The notes under the pieces were generated by a model that searched no databases, was not told the origin of the DNA, and saw only the letters and a list, made by a program, of their open reading frames with translations. A stretch of DNA of 21,631 nt from Candidatus Fervidifonticultor sextus (GTDB lineage: Bacteria; Sysuimicrobiota; Sysuimicrobiia; Sysuimicrobiales; Humicultoraceae): NCBI GenBank assembly GCA_031459875.1, contig JAVKHQ010000002.1, positions 105,975-127,605 on the forward strand, written 5' to 3'. Of this stretch, positions 8,578 through 17,305 are shown piece after piece. The position numbers and the translations under genes were made by a program. Position 1 is the stretch's first letter. Each line of letters starts with the position of its first letter.

Positions 8578-9408
8578 CTACCGGAGGGCTCCCAGGGTGA
8601 GCCCTCGGACGATGTGGCGTTGCATGGCAAAGGCGACGACGATCACGGGCCCCATGATCATCACCGCGGTGGCGGCAAAGGGTCCCCACAGCGTCTCCTC
8701 GGTGGTCAGGAATCCGAAGATCGCCACCGGGGCCATACGTACCCTGGCCCCGGTGAGCACCGAGGCGTAGACGAACTCGTTCCAGGCGTTGATGAACGAC
8801 AGGATGGCGGTCACCGCCATGCCGCCGTATGCCTGGGGCAAGACGATCCGCAGGAAGGCGGCACCCCGGGAGCACCCGTCCACCAGGGCGGCCTCTTCCA
8901 GTTCCCGGGGGACGTCGAGGAAGTACGTCGTCATCAGCCAGACGGCGAAGGGGATGGTGATGGTGAGGTAGATCAACAGGATCCCGGTGTAGGTGTCCAG
9001 CAGCCGCAGCCTGGAGAGGATCAGGAAGAAGGGGATCAGGAACCCGACGGGCGGTGCCATCTGCGTAAACAGCGTGTAGAAGAACAGCGGCTCCCGGTAG
9101 GGAAAGCGCACCCGCGCGTAGGCGTAGCCGGCCGGCACGCTGATGGCCAGGGTCAGGAGCATGGTCAGGCCGCCGACCAGGGCACTGTTGACGATGCTGG
9201 GCGGGATGTCGACCGTGCCCAGCGCGGTGCGGTAGTGCTCCAGCGTCGGTGTGAACCAGAGGCGAGGGGGCAGCGTGAAGATATCCGTGCGGGTCTTCAA
9301 CGATGTGGCCAGGACCCACACAACCGGCACAGCCCAGATCCCGATGGCGACCAGCAGCGCCGCATACCGCAGCGCCGTCCGGGCCGCACGCCCGACGTTC
9401 CGCTTCAC
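8578..9408 (-). CDS. Carbohydrate ABC transporter permease (MalG-like)
   Basis: EAA loop VPRELEEAALVDGCS and FINAWNEF. GTG start 9408 overlaps the upstream stop (GTGA). Confidence 0.92.
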   Translation of the reverse strand: MKRNVGRAARTALRYAALLVAIGIWAVPVVWVLATSLKTRTDIFTLPPRLWFTPTLEHYRTALGTVDIPPSIVNSALVGGLTMLLTLAISVPAGYAYARVRFPYREPLFFYTLFTQMAPPVGFLIPFFLILSRLRLLDTYTGILLIYLTITIPFAVWLMTTYFLDVPRELEEAALVDGCSRGAAFLRIVLPQAYGGMAVTAILSFINAWNEFVYASVLTGARVRMAPVAIFGFLTTEETLWGPFAATAVMIMGPVIVVAFAMQRHIVRGLTLGALR

Positions 9409-10394
9409 GCCTCCACCTCCACGGCGGCGCGCAGGCGGCCGAAGGTCGCGGTCATGGCGGCCGTCAGGATCAGGAGGGTCGTGGTGAGCGTGGCACCGTA
9501 GCCGAGGTTCAGTGAGTTGAATGCGATCCGGTATGCGTAGAGGTTGAGGATCTCGGTGGCGGTCCCTGGCCCGCCGCCGGTGGCGGCGTAGATCGCGTCG
9601 AACGCCCGGAGGGCCACAATGACGCGCAGCACGACAACGGTGACGATGGCCGGGCGAATCAGCGGAAGTGTGATGTAGCGGAACCGCTGCCAGGCCGTGG
9701 CCCGGTCCAGCATGGCCGCCTCGAAGGGCTCCACGGGAAGCGCGGCCAGGCTGGCCGAGAACACCAGGAAGGCAAACGGCGTCCACTGCCAGGTATGCAG
9801 GGCAATGACCGCGCCCAAGGCCAAGGTGGGATCGCCCAGCCAGCTGTGCGAGCCCACGCCTGCCAGCACCGCCAGGTAGTCCAGCAGGCCGTAGCGCGGG
9901 GTGAGCAGCAGCGTGCGCCACACCAGCCCCACCACCACCGGGGCCAGCACCATGGGGAGCAGCACCGCCGTGCGCATGGCATTGCGGCCCCGCATCTCCC
10001 CCGCCAGGGCGATGGCGAAGGCCAGGCCCAGCGCGACCTGGAGGGTGACGCTGGTGGCGGTGTAGACGGCGGTCACGCGCAGGCTGTGCCAGAAGCGCGG
10101 GTCGGCCAGCATCGCTCCGTAGTTGGCGAGGCCGACGAATCCCGTGGCCCAGGGTCTGGTCAGCTCGATACGGAAGAACGTCACCGCCAGCAGGAACAGT
10201 AGCGGCGCTGTGGAGATGATGACCAGCAAGAGGAGGCTTGGACCCACCAGCAGCAGGCCGAACCGGGCCTCGCCGCCGGGCCGCGCGGGCGGCAGCGCGC
10301 GGGCGGCCGGGACGGTCCCGGGGCGCCCGGGCGTCAGGCTGTCGGCGGGACCACCCCGCGCAGCGGCTCGTGGCGACCTTCCCGTCACGGCCAT
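9405..10394 (-). CDS. Carbohydrate ABC transporter permease (MalF-like)
   Basis: FVGLANY, WQWTPF, EAAMLDRATAWQRFRYITLP, TGGGPGTATE. Start uncertain; ATG 10394 chosen. Confidence 0.9.
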   Translation of the reverse strand: MAVTGRSPRAAARGGPADSLTPGRPGTVPAARALPPARPGGEARFGLLLVGPSLLLLVIISTAPLLFLLAVTFFRIELTRPWATGFVGLANYGAMLADPRFWHSLRVTAVYTATSVTLQVALGLAFAIALAGEMRGRNAMRTAVLLPMVLAPVVVGLVWRTLLLTPRYGLLDYLAVLAGVGSHSWLGDPTLALGAVIALHTWQWTPFAFLVFSASLAALPVEPFEAAMLDRATAWQRFRYITLPLIRPAIVTVVVLRVIVALRAFDAIYAATGGGPGTATEILNLYAYRIAFNSLNLGYGATLTTTLLILTAAMTATFGRLRAAVEVEA

Positions 10395-10448
10395 ATCGTG
10401 ATCACAGGGCGTATCTTGGCCGATCGTTACCTTCCGCCGGCCCACACG

Positions 10449-11840
10449 TCACCGGCGCAGAATACGCGACAGCTCCGCGTTGGCCTCGTCGAGGGCCTGT
10501 TTGGGGGGCTTGCGTCCCACCAGCGCCTCTTGGATGGCGATGGCCATCACCTCGCCGATCTCGGGCCACTCCGGAATGCGCGGACGCCAGTCGGCGTCGG
10601 TGTCCTCCCGCAGCGCGGTGAGCACGACGTCGGCGTAGTCGCGGGTGAACGCGATGTCCTTGCGATAGTCCGCGTCCCGCCAGATGGACATGCGGTTGAC
10701 CCCGGTGCGCACCACGGCGTCGGGACTTTCCTTGAACGTGGCCGACCGGAGCTGCGTCGGCCGGCTGGCCAGCCACTGGAGGTACAGCCAGGTCGCCTGC
10801 TTCTTGCGCGCCGGCAATGCAGCGTTGATGGGCATGGCCCAGTTCCAGATGCTGGTGACCCGCCTGTTGGCCGGGCCCTTGGGCCACCGCTGATAACCGA
10901 TCTGTCCCGCGACCTTGGACTTCGCCGGGTTCTCGATGACCGATGCCGTGCTGTTGGCGTCGATGTACTGCACCAGCGTCCCCGCGGCGAACGCCTCCAT
11001 GATCTCCGGCCAGTTCCAGTTCTCCACGCCCTTCGGGGCGAACTCCCGAAGCACGCTTACGTAGTATTCCAGCGACTTCACCCCGGCCTCGCTGTTCACC
11101 GTCGGCCGGCCCGCATGGTCGAACCACTGGCCGCCGTAGGCTCGGAACAGCGACGGCCAGATGTACATGTTCTGCCCGGGGCCGCGAAAGCCTCGAAGCG
11201 CCAGGCCGTAAAGGTTCTGGGCGGGCGCATGGCTGCGCCTGGCCGTCTCGCGCAACTCGTCCAGCGTCTCGGGCGGGCGCAGTCCTAGTCGGTCATACAC
11301 GTCCTTGCGATAGATGTGGATGGTGACTTCGCCTTCTACCGGCATGCCCCACAGGCGACCGCGCACGGTGTTGGCCCGGCGCCAGAGCGGCACGATGTCC
11401 TCCAGGTCGAACCAGGCCTGGTCGGTGAGCTTCGAGTCGTTGAGGAAGAGGTCGAGCGGCTCGACCCAGTTGTTGACCGCGTAGAGAGGGAGGTACATCG
11501 GGTCGGCCGTGTGGCTGGCGTAGTTCGCGGTGCGGGCGCCCAGGTCCAGGACCGCCTTCTCGCGCATCTCGCGGGGCGGGATGACCTCGAAGGTGACCTC
11601 GATGCCGGAGAGACGGGTGAACTCCGGGGTCACCGCGCGAAATTTGGTGAAGTAGTGGGCCGGTGTGACCAGGATGTGGATCCGCTCCCCGGCCAACTGG
11701 CGCCAGTTGATCCTGGCAACCGCGTAGGGGTCGCCGCCGGAAGGTGCCGCCCACGCGGCCTCCAGCGTCCGTCCCAGATAGGCAGCAGTGGCTCCGCCAA
11801 CGGTCAGGCGGAGCAGTTCACGTCGCGAGATCCTGTGCAT
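10449..11840 (-). CDS. Sugar ABC transporter substrate-binding protein with Tat signal peptide
   Basis: N-terminal SRRELL twin-arginine motif with AWA cleavage site; IYRKD, PPETLDEL, YGGQWFD, NPAKSKVAG typical of SBP family 1. GGGGAG RBS. Confidence 0.92.
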   Translation of the reverse strand: MHRISRRELLRLTVGGATAAYLGRTLEAAWAAPSGGDPYAVARINWRQLAGERIHILVTPAHYFTKFRAVTPEFTRLSGIEVTFEVIPPREMREKAVLDLGARTANYASHTADPMYLPLYAVNNWVEPLDLFLNDSKLTDQAWFDLEDIVPLWRRANTVRGRLWGMPVEGEVTIHIYRKDVYDRLGLRPPETLDELRETARRSHAPAQNLYGLALRGFRGPGQNMYIWPSLFRAYGGQWFDHAGRPTVNSEAGVKSLEYYVSVLREFAPKGVENWNWPEIMEAFAAGTLVQYIDANSTASVIENPAKSKVAGQIGYQRWPKGPANRRVTSIWNWAMPINAALPARKKQATWLYLQWLASRPTQLRSATFKESPDAVVRTGVNRMSIWRDADYRKDIAFTRDYADVVLTALREDTDADWRPRIPEWPEIGEVMAIAIQEALVGRKPPKQALDEANAELSRILRR

Positions 11841-12967
11841 CGCTCTCCCCCTCCCTCATCGTGGATCTTCACCTGGGGATACATCGTGCGTTCGATCCGG
11901 GCTACGAGCGTCGGCACGACGACCAGCTGAACGACGATGCCCGGCACGCCGGTCGCCAGCGCCGCCTGCAGGTAGGCCACCGCCGACATCTTGAGACCCA
12001 GCGCCGGGCCTACGGTGGCGGCGGCGACACCCAAGGCGAGCCGTCCGGCCGCCAGCGTGGGTACGAGCCAGACGTACTCCCGGGCCAGCGAAAGGTGCAG
12101 TGGCACCTGAGTCCGGGCGTGGCCCGGCCGCGTGCCGTATGCACGTGCCCAACCACGCACGACTCCCGCCACCAGACCGTACGTGGCCAGCTCGACCATC
12201 ATCAGCGGCGCCACCGGCGGTATCACCGGCGGCATGCCCGTGAGCAGATGCGACAGCGCGGGGGCGACGGCCCCGACGAGGCAGCCGACCCGGGCACCGC
12301 CCAGCGCTCCCATGAGGAGCACCGGCAGGTGCATGGGGAGGAGCGCCGGGCCCAGGCCGACCATGTGGACGACCAGGGGGAGCGTCACGGCCATGGCTAG
12401 GCCGACGCCGGCAGCCGCCAGCGCGTGCACCGCATGCCGCGCATCCGCAGAGGTGCCAAGGATGCGCGTGGGCCGGCGCTCGGCACGTCCGGCGTCCGGC
12501 CGGCGTGCAGCCAGCCGGGCACCCGTGGCACGCACTGCAGCGACCACGCCGTCGAGGTCGGCACCCCCCGCCCGGGCGGCCTCCGCGGCGGCCTCGAACG
12601 GACAGGGGCCGTCGCCACGGCAGTTGAGGATCCTGGGCACCTGGCGCTGGCTGGTGAAGGCCACGCCCCGCGCGCGAGCCTCGCGGGCCGCCGCCTCGCT
12701 GGCCACCTCGGCGAAGATCATGCGCACACCGGCCCATGCCGCCACCGCCACGGCCGCCGCGCCGGCGATCCGATCCGCCAGCGCGGCACCGGCGATCCCT
12801 CGCGCGCGCAGGTCGTCCGCCGCCTGCACCAGGGCATCCAGGCCGGGGTCGGCCGACTCGGCCAGCACCAGTCCCTCGCGGACGATGACGAAGCCCAGCG
12901 CTCGGTCCCGCAGTCGCGCGGCGGCTATGGCCAGGTCCCGGGGCGCCCCGTCAGGGAGAGGACCCAT
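11804..12967 (-). CDS. DUF1893 (TM1506-like) domain fused to an ECF transporter S-component
   Basis: N-half ADRIAGAAA...VASEAA...VPRILNCRGDGPCPFE is the DUF1893 pattern. C-half LPMHLPVLLMG...APALSHLLTGMPP...MMVELATYGLVAG...PGIVVQLVVVP is the ECF S-component pattern. Confidence 0.72.
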   Translation of the reverse strand: MGPLPDGAPRDLAIAAARLRDRALGFVIVREGLVLAESADPGLDALVQAADDLRARGIAGAALADRIAGAAAVAVAAWAGVRMIFAEVASEAAAREARARGVAFTSQRQVPRILNCRGDGPCPFEAAAEAARAGGADLDGVVAAVRATGARLAARRPDAGRAERRPTRILGTSADARHAVHALAAAGVGLAMAVTLPLVVHMVGLGPALLPMHLPVLLMGALGGARVGCLVGAVAPALSHLLTGMPPVIPPVAPLMMVELATYGLVAGVVRGWARAYGTRPGHARTQVPLHLSLAREYVWLVPTLAAGRLALGVAAATVGPALGLKMSAVAYLQAALATGVPGIVVQLVVVPTLVARIERTMYPQVKIHDEGGGERCTGSRDVNCSA

Positions 12968-13919
12968 CGCCGCGCTCCGTCAGCCCTTCGTACACCCGGA
13001 CCAGCGCCGCGCTGTCCAGGTCGCCAAAGCCCCGGGCCCGGGCCAGGTGGTTGAGGAGCTGGACCAGCGTCGTCAGCACCGGCGCGCCCCCTGCCGTTCG
13101 GGCCATGCCCACGGCCAGGTCGGTGTCCTTGCAGAGCAGGTCGATGGAAAAGACAGGCGCGAAATCGCCGCGCGTCATCCTGTCGCCTGCCTCGCGGAAC
13201 AGTCCCGAGACGGTGGCGGCGCCGCTGGACACGATGGTCTCGTACAGCAAACCGGGCGCGATGCCGACGCGCGGTGCCAGGGCCATCACCTCTGCCGTGG
13301 CAGCGTTGATGATGGCAAACATCATCTGATTGAGCAGCTTCACGATGTGCCCGCTGCCGGGAGGGCCGACGTGGATGACCCGGGCTGCGAACGCCTTCAG
13401 CACCGGCCGCACCCGGTCGAGGACCGCCTGCTCGCCGCCCACCGGCACCGTCCATCGTCCGGCCGTGGCCGGACGGCCCAAAATGGGCGCGTCGAGAAAG
13501 CCGATCTCGACCGCGGCCGCGCGTGCGGCCAGCAGCCGCGTCGCGGCAGGGTCGCTGGTGCTGGTGTCGACGATGACCTGCGGCGGAGAGTTCAGAGCGG
13601 TCAAGCGGTCTGCCACCTGCCGGACAGCCTCCGGGCCAGGCAGCGACAGGATGGCCGCGACGGCACGAGCATTCAGGGCGTCCAGGTCCGGCACCGTGGT
13701 CGCTCCTGCTGCCGCTACCGCCGCCAGCGCCTGGGCGTCGGGGTCGTGAGCCATCACGTGATACCCGCCCGACAGCAGTGCCGCCGCGATGATCCGCCCC
13801 ATGGTGCCGCACCCGATGATGGCCAGCGGCGCCGGAGGCAGGATGAGGGCGGCCGACGACGTCGGGTGTGCGTCGCGGGTGGGTACGCGACCTGGGAGGC
13901 GCGGCGGCCCTGGTGTCAT
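12951..13919 (-). CDS. NAD(P)-dependent beta-hydroxyacid dehydrogenase (3-hydroxyisobutyrate dehydrogenase/tartronate semialdehyde reductase family)
   Basis: IIGCGTMG, VDTSTSDP, FLDAPILG, GSGHIVKLLNQ (catalytic Lys), FSIDLLCKD. ATG 13919 overlaps the larA-like stop (ATGA). The track's 828-aa ORF has a spurious N-terminus. Confidence 0.92.
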   Translation of the reverse strand: MTPGPPRLPGRVPTRDAHPTSSAALILPPAPLAIIGCGTMGRIIAAALLSGGYHVMAHDPDAQALAAVAAAGATTVPDLDALNARAVAAILSLPGPEAVRQVADRLTALNSPPQVIVDTSTSDPAATRLLAARAAAVEIGFLDAPILGRPATAGRWTVPVGGEQAVLDRVRPVLKAFAARVIHVGPPGSGHIVKLLNQMMFAIINAATAEVMALAPRVGIAPGLLYETIVSSGAATVSGLFREAGDRMTRGDFAPVFSIDLLCKDTDLAVGMARTAGGAPVLTTLVQLLNHLARARGFGDLDSAALVRVYEGLTERGDGSSP

Positions 13920-15364
13920 GACCGGGAGGCGGGCACGCCGGCAGTCTGACGCTCGGCGTGCAGGTGCACCTGGACCCGGGAGAGGCGTGGCACCACCAGC
14001 AGGCGCGGGCGTGGTCCGACGTGCCGCGCGGCGTGCCGCAGGGCGTCGTCGAACGTGGCGGCCGGGATGCACCCCATGCCGCGGGCGTGGGCGGGCGCAC
14101 GGGCGCCGACGATGTACACGGCCCGCGCGTACCGGTCGGCGAGTCCACCCATGTACGCCATGGAGAAGCCGTGGAAGGGATGATAGGCGTACCCGTAGCG
14201 GTACCGGCGGATCCACTCGGGCCGGGTGCACACCTCGTCTTCGTAGCGGGCCAGCGCGTCGACTGTCTGGCAGCGCTGTAACAGCCGGTAGATCTCCCGG
14301 TACGCCGGGAACCACTCGTCGTTGAACCAGCCGTCGCACACACACGCCGCGATGACGACGGGGAACGGCCGCAGCGCGCCGAAGGCACGGGCCAGGGAGG
14401 CGCCGATGGCCTGCTTGAAGAGCAGCGGGTTGGATCCCATGCCCGGCCCGTAGTGGAACGTCCGGGGAATCCCCAGCACCAGTACATCGGCGGGCTCGCC
14501 CGGCACCGTGACCTCGGTGCGGTGTCCGGCCAGGGGCCAGGTGGCCTGCTCCACCTCGGCCAGCCGTCCTGCGAATACCGCCAGCTGCTGGTTCTGGCCG
14601 TTGAGCACGGCGTCGACGGCGAAAAACGGCTGTTTCATGGCTCGCTCTATCGCCTCGCCGATGCGGCGCAGCTGGTGGCGGAAGCGGCTCCCGGTGGTGA
14701 TGGGGACGAAATCCGGCCGGAACATGGTGCCGGGCGCGTGGTGACACCGGATGGATCGCCATCCCACCAGACCGGTGCAGGGCATCTTGTACCCGCCACT
14801 GTAGCCACCGTAGGGGTTGCCCAGCGTGTGTCCCAGCACGATGGTCAGGTCGGCCTCCAGCACCGCGCGGTTCACTTCCACGACGTCGCCGTCGGCCGTC
14901 TCGCCCAGCCGCACCATGCCGTCCGGATCCTCGGCGTCGTGGTTGGTGAGCCGCCGGCCGCGAAAACGTGCGACGACCTCGGAGCCCAGGTAGCTTTCGA
15001 ACTCCTCCGGGAGGTTCTTTCGGTGCAGGCCGACCGCGCAGAGCAGCGTGATGTCGTCCTCGCGCACGCCGGCGTCGCGCAGGCGCTCCAGCAGCAGCGG
15101 GATGGTAACCCGCCGGTGCGCTGTGGCGTGGGCACCACCCTTCACGCGGTCGGGGAAGGCAATCACCACCCTGGCGCCCGGGCCGACCAGGGCCGGCAGG
15201 GGTGGCAGCCCCAGGGGCTGCGCCAAGGCCCGCGCGGTCAACGCGACGGGGTCCTCGGCGGGGACGGGGTCCCGGTAGAGCGTGCCGGGCTCCACCACGA
15301 CCGCGTCGTCGGGGACGTCGACCTCGAGAATGCCGTCGCCGTACTCGAGGGCTACCCGCGGCAT
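13916..15364 (-). CDS. LarA-family (lactate racemase domain) nickel-pincer-nucleotide-dependent racemase/epimerase
   Basis: LEYGDG start, VVIAFPDRVK, AVGLHRK, NHDAED, VEVNRAVLEADL, GYSGGYK, SIRCHH. GGGGGAAG RBS. Confidence 0.85.
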   Translation of the reverse strand: MPRVALEYGDGILEVDVPDDAVVVEPGTLYRDPVPAEDPVALTARALAQPLGLPPLPALVGPGARVVIAFPDRVKGGAHATAHRRVTIPLLLERLRDAGVREDDITLLCAVGLHRKNLPEEFESYLGSEVVARFRGRRLTNHDAEDPDGMVRLGETADGDVVEVNRAVLEADLTIVLGHTLGNPYGGYSGGYKMPCTGLVGWRSIRCHHAPGTMFRPDFVPITTGSRFRHQLRRIGEAIERAMKQPFFAVDAVLNGQNQQLAVFAGRLAEVEQATWPLAGHRTEVTVPGEPADVLVLGIPRTFHYGPGMGSNPLLFKQAIGASLARAFGALRPFPVVIAACVCDGWFNDEWFPAYREIYRLLQRCQTVDALARYEDEVCTRPEWIRRYRYGYAYHPFHGFSMAYMGGLADRYARAVYIVGARAPAHARGMGCIPAATFDDALRHAARHVGPRPRLLVVPRLSRVQVHLHAERQTAGVPASRS

Positions 15365-15444
15365 CGGCTTCCCCCGTACAATTCCTCATCGGCGGTACGC
15401 CAGGCGTCGCCTGGACCGTCGACATGGTGTTCGACACAGGTGTT

Positions 15445-15468
15445 GTCTATTCCTCTATACAAATAGAC
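15445..15468. promoter_or_regulatory. Inverted repeat, candidate GntR operator in the divergent larA-like/gntR promoter region
   Basis: GTCTATT-cctctataca-AATAGAC in an AT-rich patch; contains GT-N-TA and TA-N-AC half sites reminiscent of HutC-subfamily operators. Confidence 0.5.
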
Positions 15469-15524
15469 TTATTGAGGGGAGCAGATCGGTCAGGACCCGG
15501 CGCGACGAGGGGAGGCGGCATCAG

Positions 15525-16295
15525 GTGAGGCTCGATCGGGACAGCGGCATTCCCCTCTACGTGCAGATCCGAGAGTTGATCCGCCAGGGCGTGGCCCAGG
15601 GCGCCTGGCGGGTGGGCGAGACGCTGCCTCCGGAGGACGAGTTGAGTGCGGCCTTCGGCGTGAGCCGCGGCACGGTACGGCAGGCTTTGGGACACCTCGC
15701 GCGGGAGGGCCTGCTGGTCCGTCACCGCCGGTCGGGGACCCGCATCGTGCGCGCGCCGGCCAACCCCGGGCTGCTATTCATCTCCCCCTACAGGGCCATT
15801 CGGGCGGCCGGGAAGCACCCCCGGGTACAGATCCTGGCACTGAAGAAGCAGCGCGCGCCGCGGCGCGTGGTGGCGGCGTGGGAAGCCGACGGGCGGGGGC
15901 CGGCCAGGCGTCTTGCCGTGCATTTCGACCGGGTGTTTTGGGCTGACGGAGAGCCCATTGCCCGGGGGAGCTCGTGGGCGCCAGCCCCGCGCTTCGACCG
16001 GCTGCTGGCCATGGATCTGACCACGCGAGCCTTCCTCGACGTGCTGGCCAGCGAGTTCGGCGTGGTCATCACCCGCATCGACGAGCGCATGGAGTTGACG
16101 GCGATGTCGGCCGAAAACGCCCGCCTGCTCCGCACCCGGCGTGGCGCGCCGTGTCTGGCGGTCACCCTCTGTCAGTGGTCTCGTGCAGAGCCTGTGGAGT
16201 ATGCGGAGTTCTGGCTCGACCCGGCCAAGTCGCGCTACCTGCTCACCGGCCTGATGGGCGTCGAAGCCGACCTGGCCAAGGGTCGGGGGTTATAG
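15525..16295 (+). CDS. GntR family transcriptional regulator (HutC/UTRA subfamily)
   Basis: IPLYVQIRE, LPPEDELSAAFGVSRGTVRQAL wHTH plus a UTRA-like C-terminus. GGAGG RBS before GTG 15525. Confidence 0.92.
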   Translation: MRLDRDSGIPLYVQIRELIRQGVAQGAWRVGETLPPEDELSAAFGVSRGTVRQALGHLAREGLLVRHRRSGTRIVRAPANPGLLFISPYRAIRAAGKHPRVQILALKKQRAPRRVVAAWEADGRGPARRLAVHFDRVFWADGEPIARGSSWAPAPRFDRLLAMDLTTRAFLDVLASEFGVVITRIDERMELTAMSAENARLLRTRRGAPCLAVTLCQWSRAEPVEYAEFWLDPAKSRYLLTGLMGVEADLAKGRGL

Positions 16296-16490
16296 CCGGC
16301 GGCTCCCGCAGCCACGGGGCGGCGCGGCTCTTCTCGGGCGGCAAAAAGTTGCTGAGGCAGATGGAGGGCATCGACTGCGGGCGGGACGCGGCCTGCTTCG
16401 TCGGCCACCACCGGCGGCAAGGGGCCGCTATGGCATCCTGGCGCGAGGCGACTGATTCGCTCTCCAGAGTCACTGTGCCGCTCCGGATGT

Positions 16491-16510
16491 GCTGCGGTAT
16501 CGGCCGCAGC
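16491..16510 (-). terminator. GC-rich hairpin just downstream of the DUF2182 stop
   Basis: GCTGCGG-tatcgg-CCGCAGC 7-bp stem about 10 nt after the stop. No U-tract, so function is uncertain. Confidence 0.3.
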
Positions 16511-16519
16511 CTCGCCCGA

Positions 16520-17284
16520 TCAGAGCATGCCTTCCACCTGAAGGAGGATCGCCCAGGCGATCAACGCTGCGCCCGCGGGCCCGGTGAGCCGGCTACCCCA
16601 CGGGAGCGTGCGCTCGGCGGTCATGACGGCGCCCAGCGCCAGCATCCACCCCAGGTGTGCGATGCCCACGGCGAACATGAGCAGCATGAGCGCCCAGCAG
16701 CAGCCGACGCAGAACAGGCCGTGGTGTAGCCCCAGCGCCCACGCGTCGCGACAGGGGTGGACACCCCGCCAGCGGCCCGCCAGGAACGTCAGCGGCGAGC
16801 GGCACTGGCTCAGGCAGCGCTCCTTCAGCGCCGTGAACTGGTAGGCGCCGGCGGCCAGCAGCACCCCGGGCGGGAGGATGGCGGCGAGCCAGGGCAGCCG
16901 CTCGACCAGTTCGTGCACCGCGACGACGTCCACGGCGAACGCCGCCAGACCGAACCCCGCCCAGACGCTCAGGTAGCCTGCGCCCAGCCGCAGCAGCAAC
17001 CGCCGGCGGTCCGGTCGGTGGGCGACCGCGCGGCGGAACAGGTTCACCAGCGGCAGGCTGCCCGGCAGCATCATGGCCACCGTCATCACGGTCCACCCGA
17101 CCACGAATGCTGCCAGCCGGAAGACCGGAGAGAGGGTGCTCGCCTCGGTCTCCCGGTGGCCTAGCCAGCCCGCGTACGGGGAGGAGCCCCACAGCGCCAT
17201 GATGGCCCACGCCGACCCGATCAGGGCCGCAAGCGCCAGCCGGTACCAGCGGGCGTCGTCAGGCGTGCGGAGGGCGCCGATCAT
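16520..17284 (-). CDS. DUF2182 family predicted metal-binding integral membrane protein
   Basis: WTVMTVAMMLP, AGAYQFTALKERCLSQCRSP, GLFCVGCCWALMLLMFAVG are DUF2182 signatures; adjacent to DUF1326. Confidence 0.88.
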   Translation of the reverse strand: MIGALRTPDDARWYRLALAALIGSAWAIMALWGSSPYAGWLGHRETEASTLSPVFRLAAFVVGWTVMTVAMMLPGSLPLVNLFRRAVAHRPDRRRLLLRLGAGYLSVWAGFGLAAFAVDVVAVHELVERLPWLAAILPPGVLLAAGAYQFTALKERCLSQCRSPLTFLAGRWRGVHPCRDAWALGLHHGLFCVGCCWALMLLMFAVGIAHLGWMLALGAVMTAERTLPWGSRLTGPAGAALIAWAILLQVEGML

Positions 17285-17305
17285 GCCGCAGCCGCGAGGC
17301 GGCGG

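Noticed and set aside
7483..9501. 672-aa plus-strand ORF
   Set aside because: Antisense shadow of the phosphodiesterase and permease genes, typical of high-GC DNA; no recognisable motifs.
12132..13949. 605-aa plus-strand ORF and other long Arg/Ala/Pro-rich overlapping ORFs
   Set aside because: Antisense or alternate-frame shadows of well-supported minus-strand genes.
12951..15437. 828-aa ORF suggesting a large fusion protein
   Set aside because: The first roughly 500 aa are an off-frame overlay of the LarA-like gene. The real dehydrogenase starts at ATG 13919.
15449..15475. TCAATAA on the minus strand upstream of the larA-like gene as a third ECF promoter
   Set aside because: First base differs and there is no CGTC 16 nt downstream.
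16296..16519. Possible tRNA-Sec or other ncRNA in this spacer
   Set aside because: No cloverleaf, UCA anticodon arm or T-loop (GTTCGA) found; only a short hairpin.
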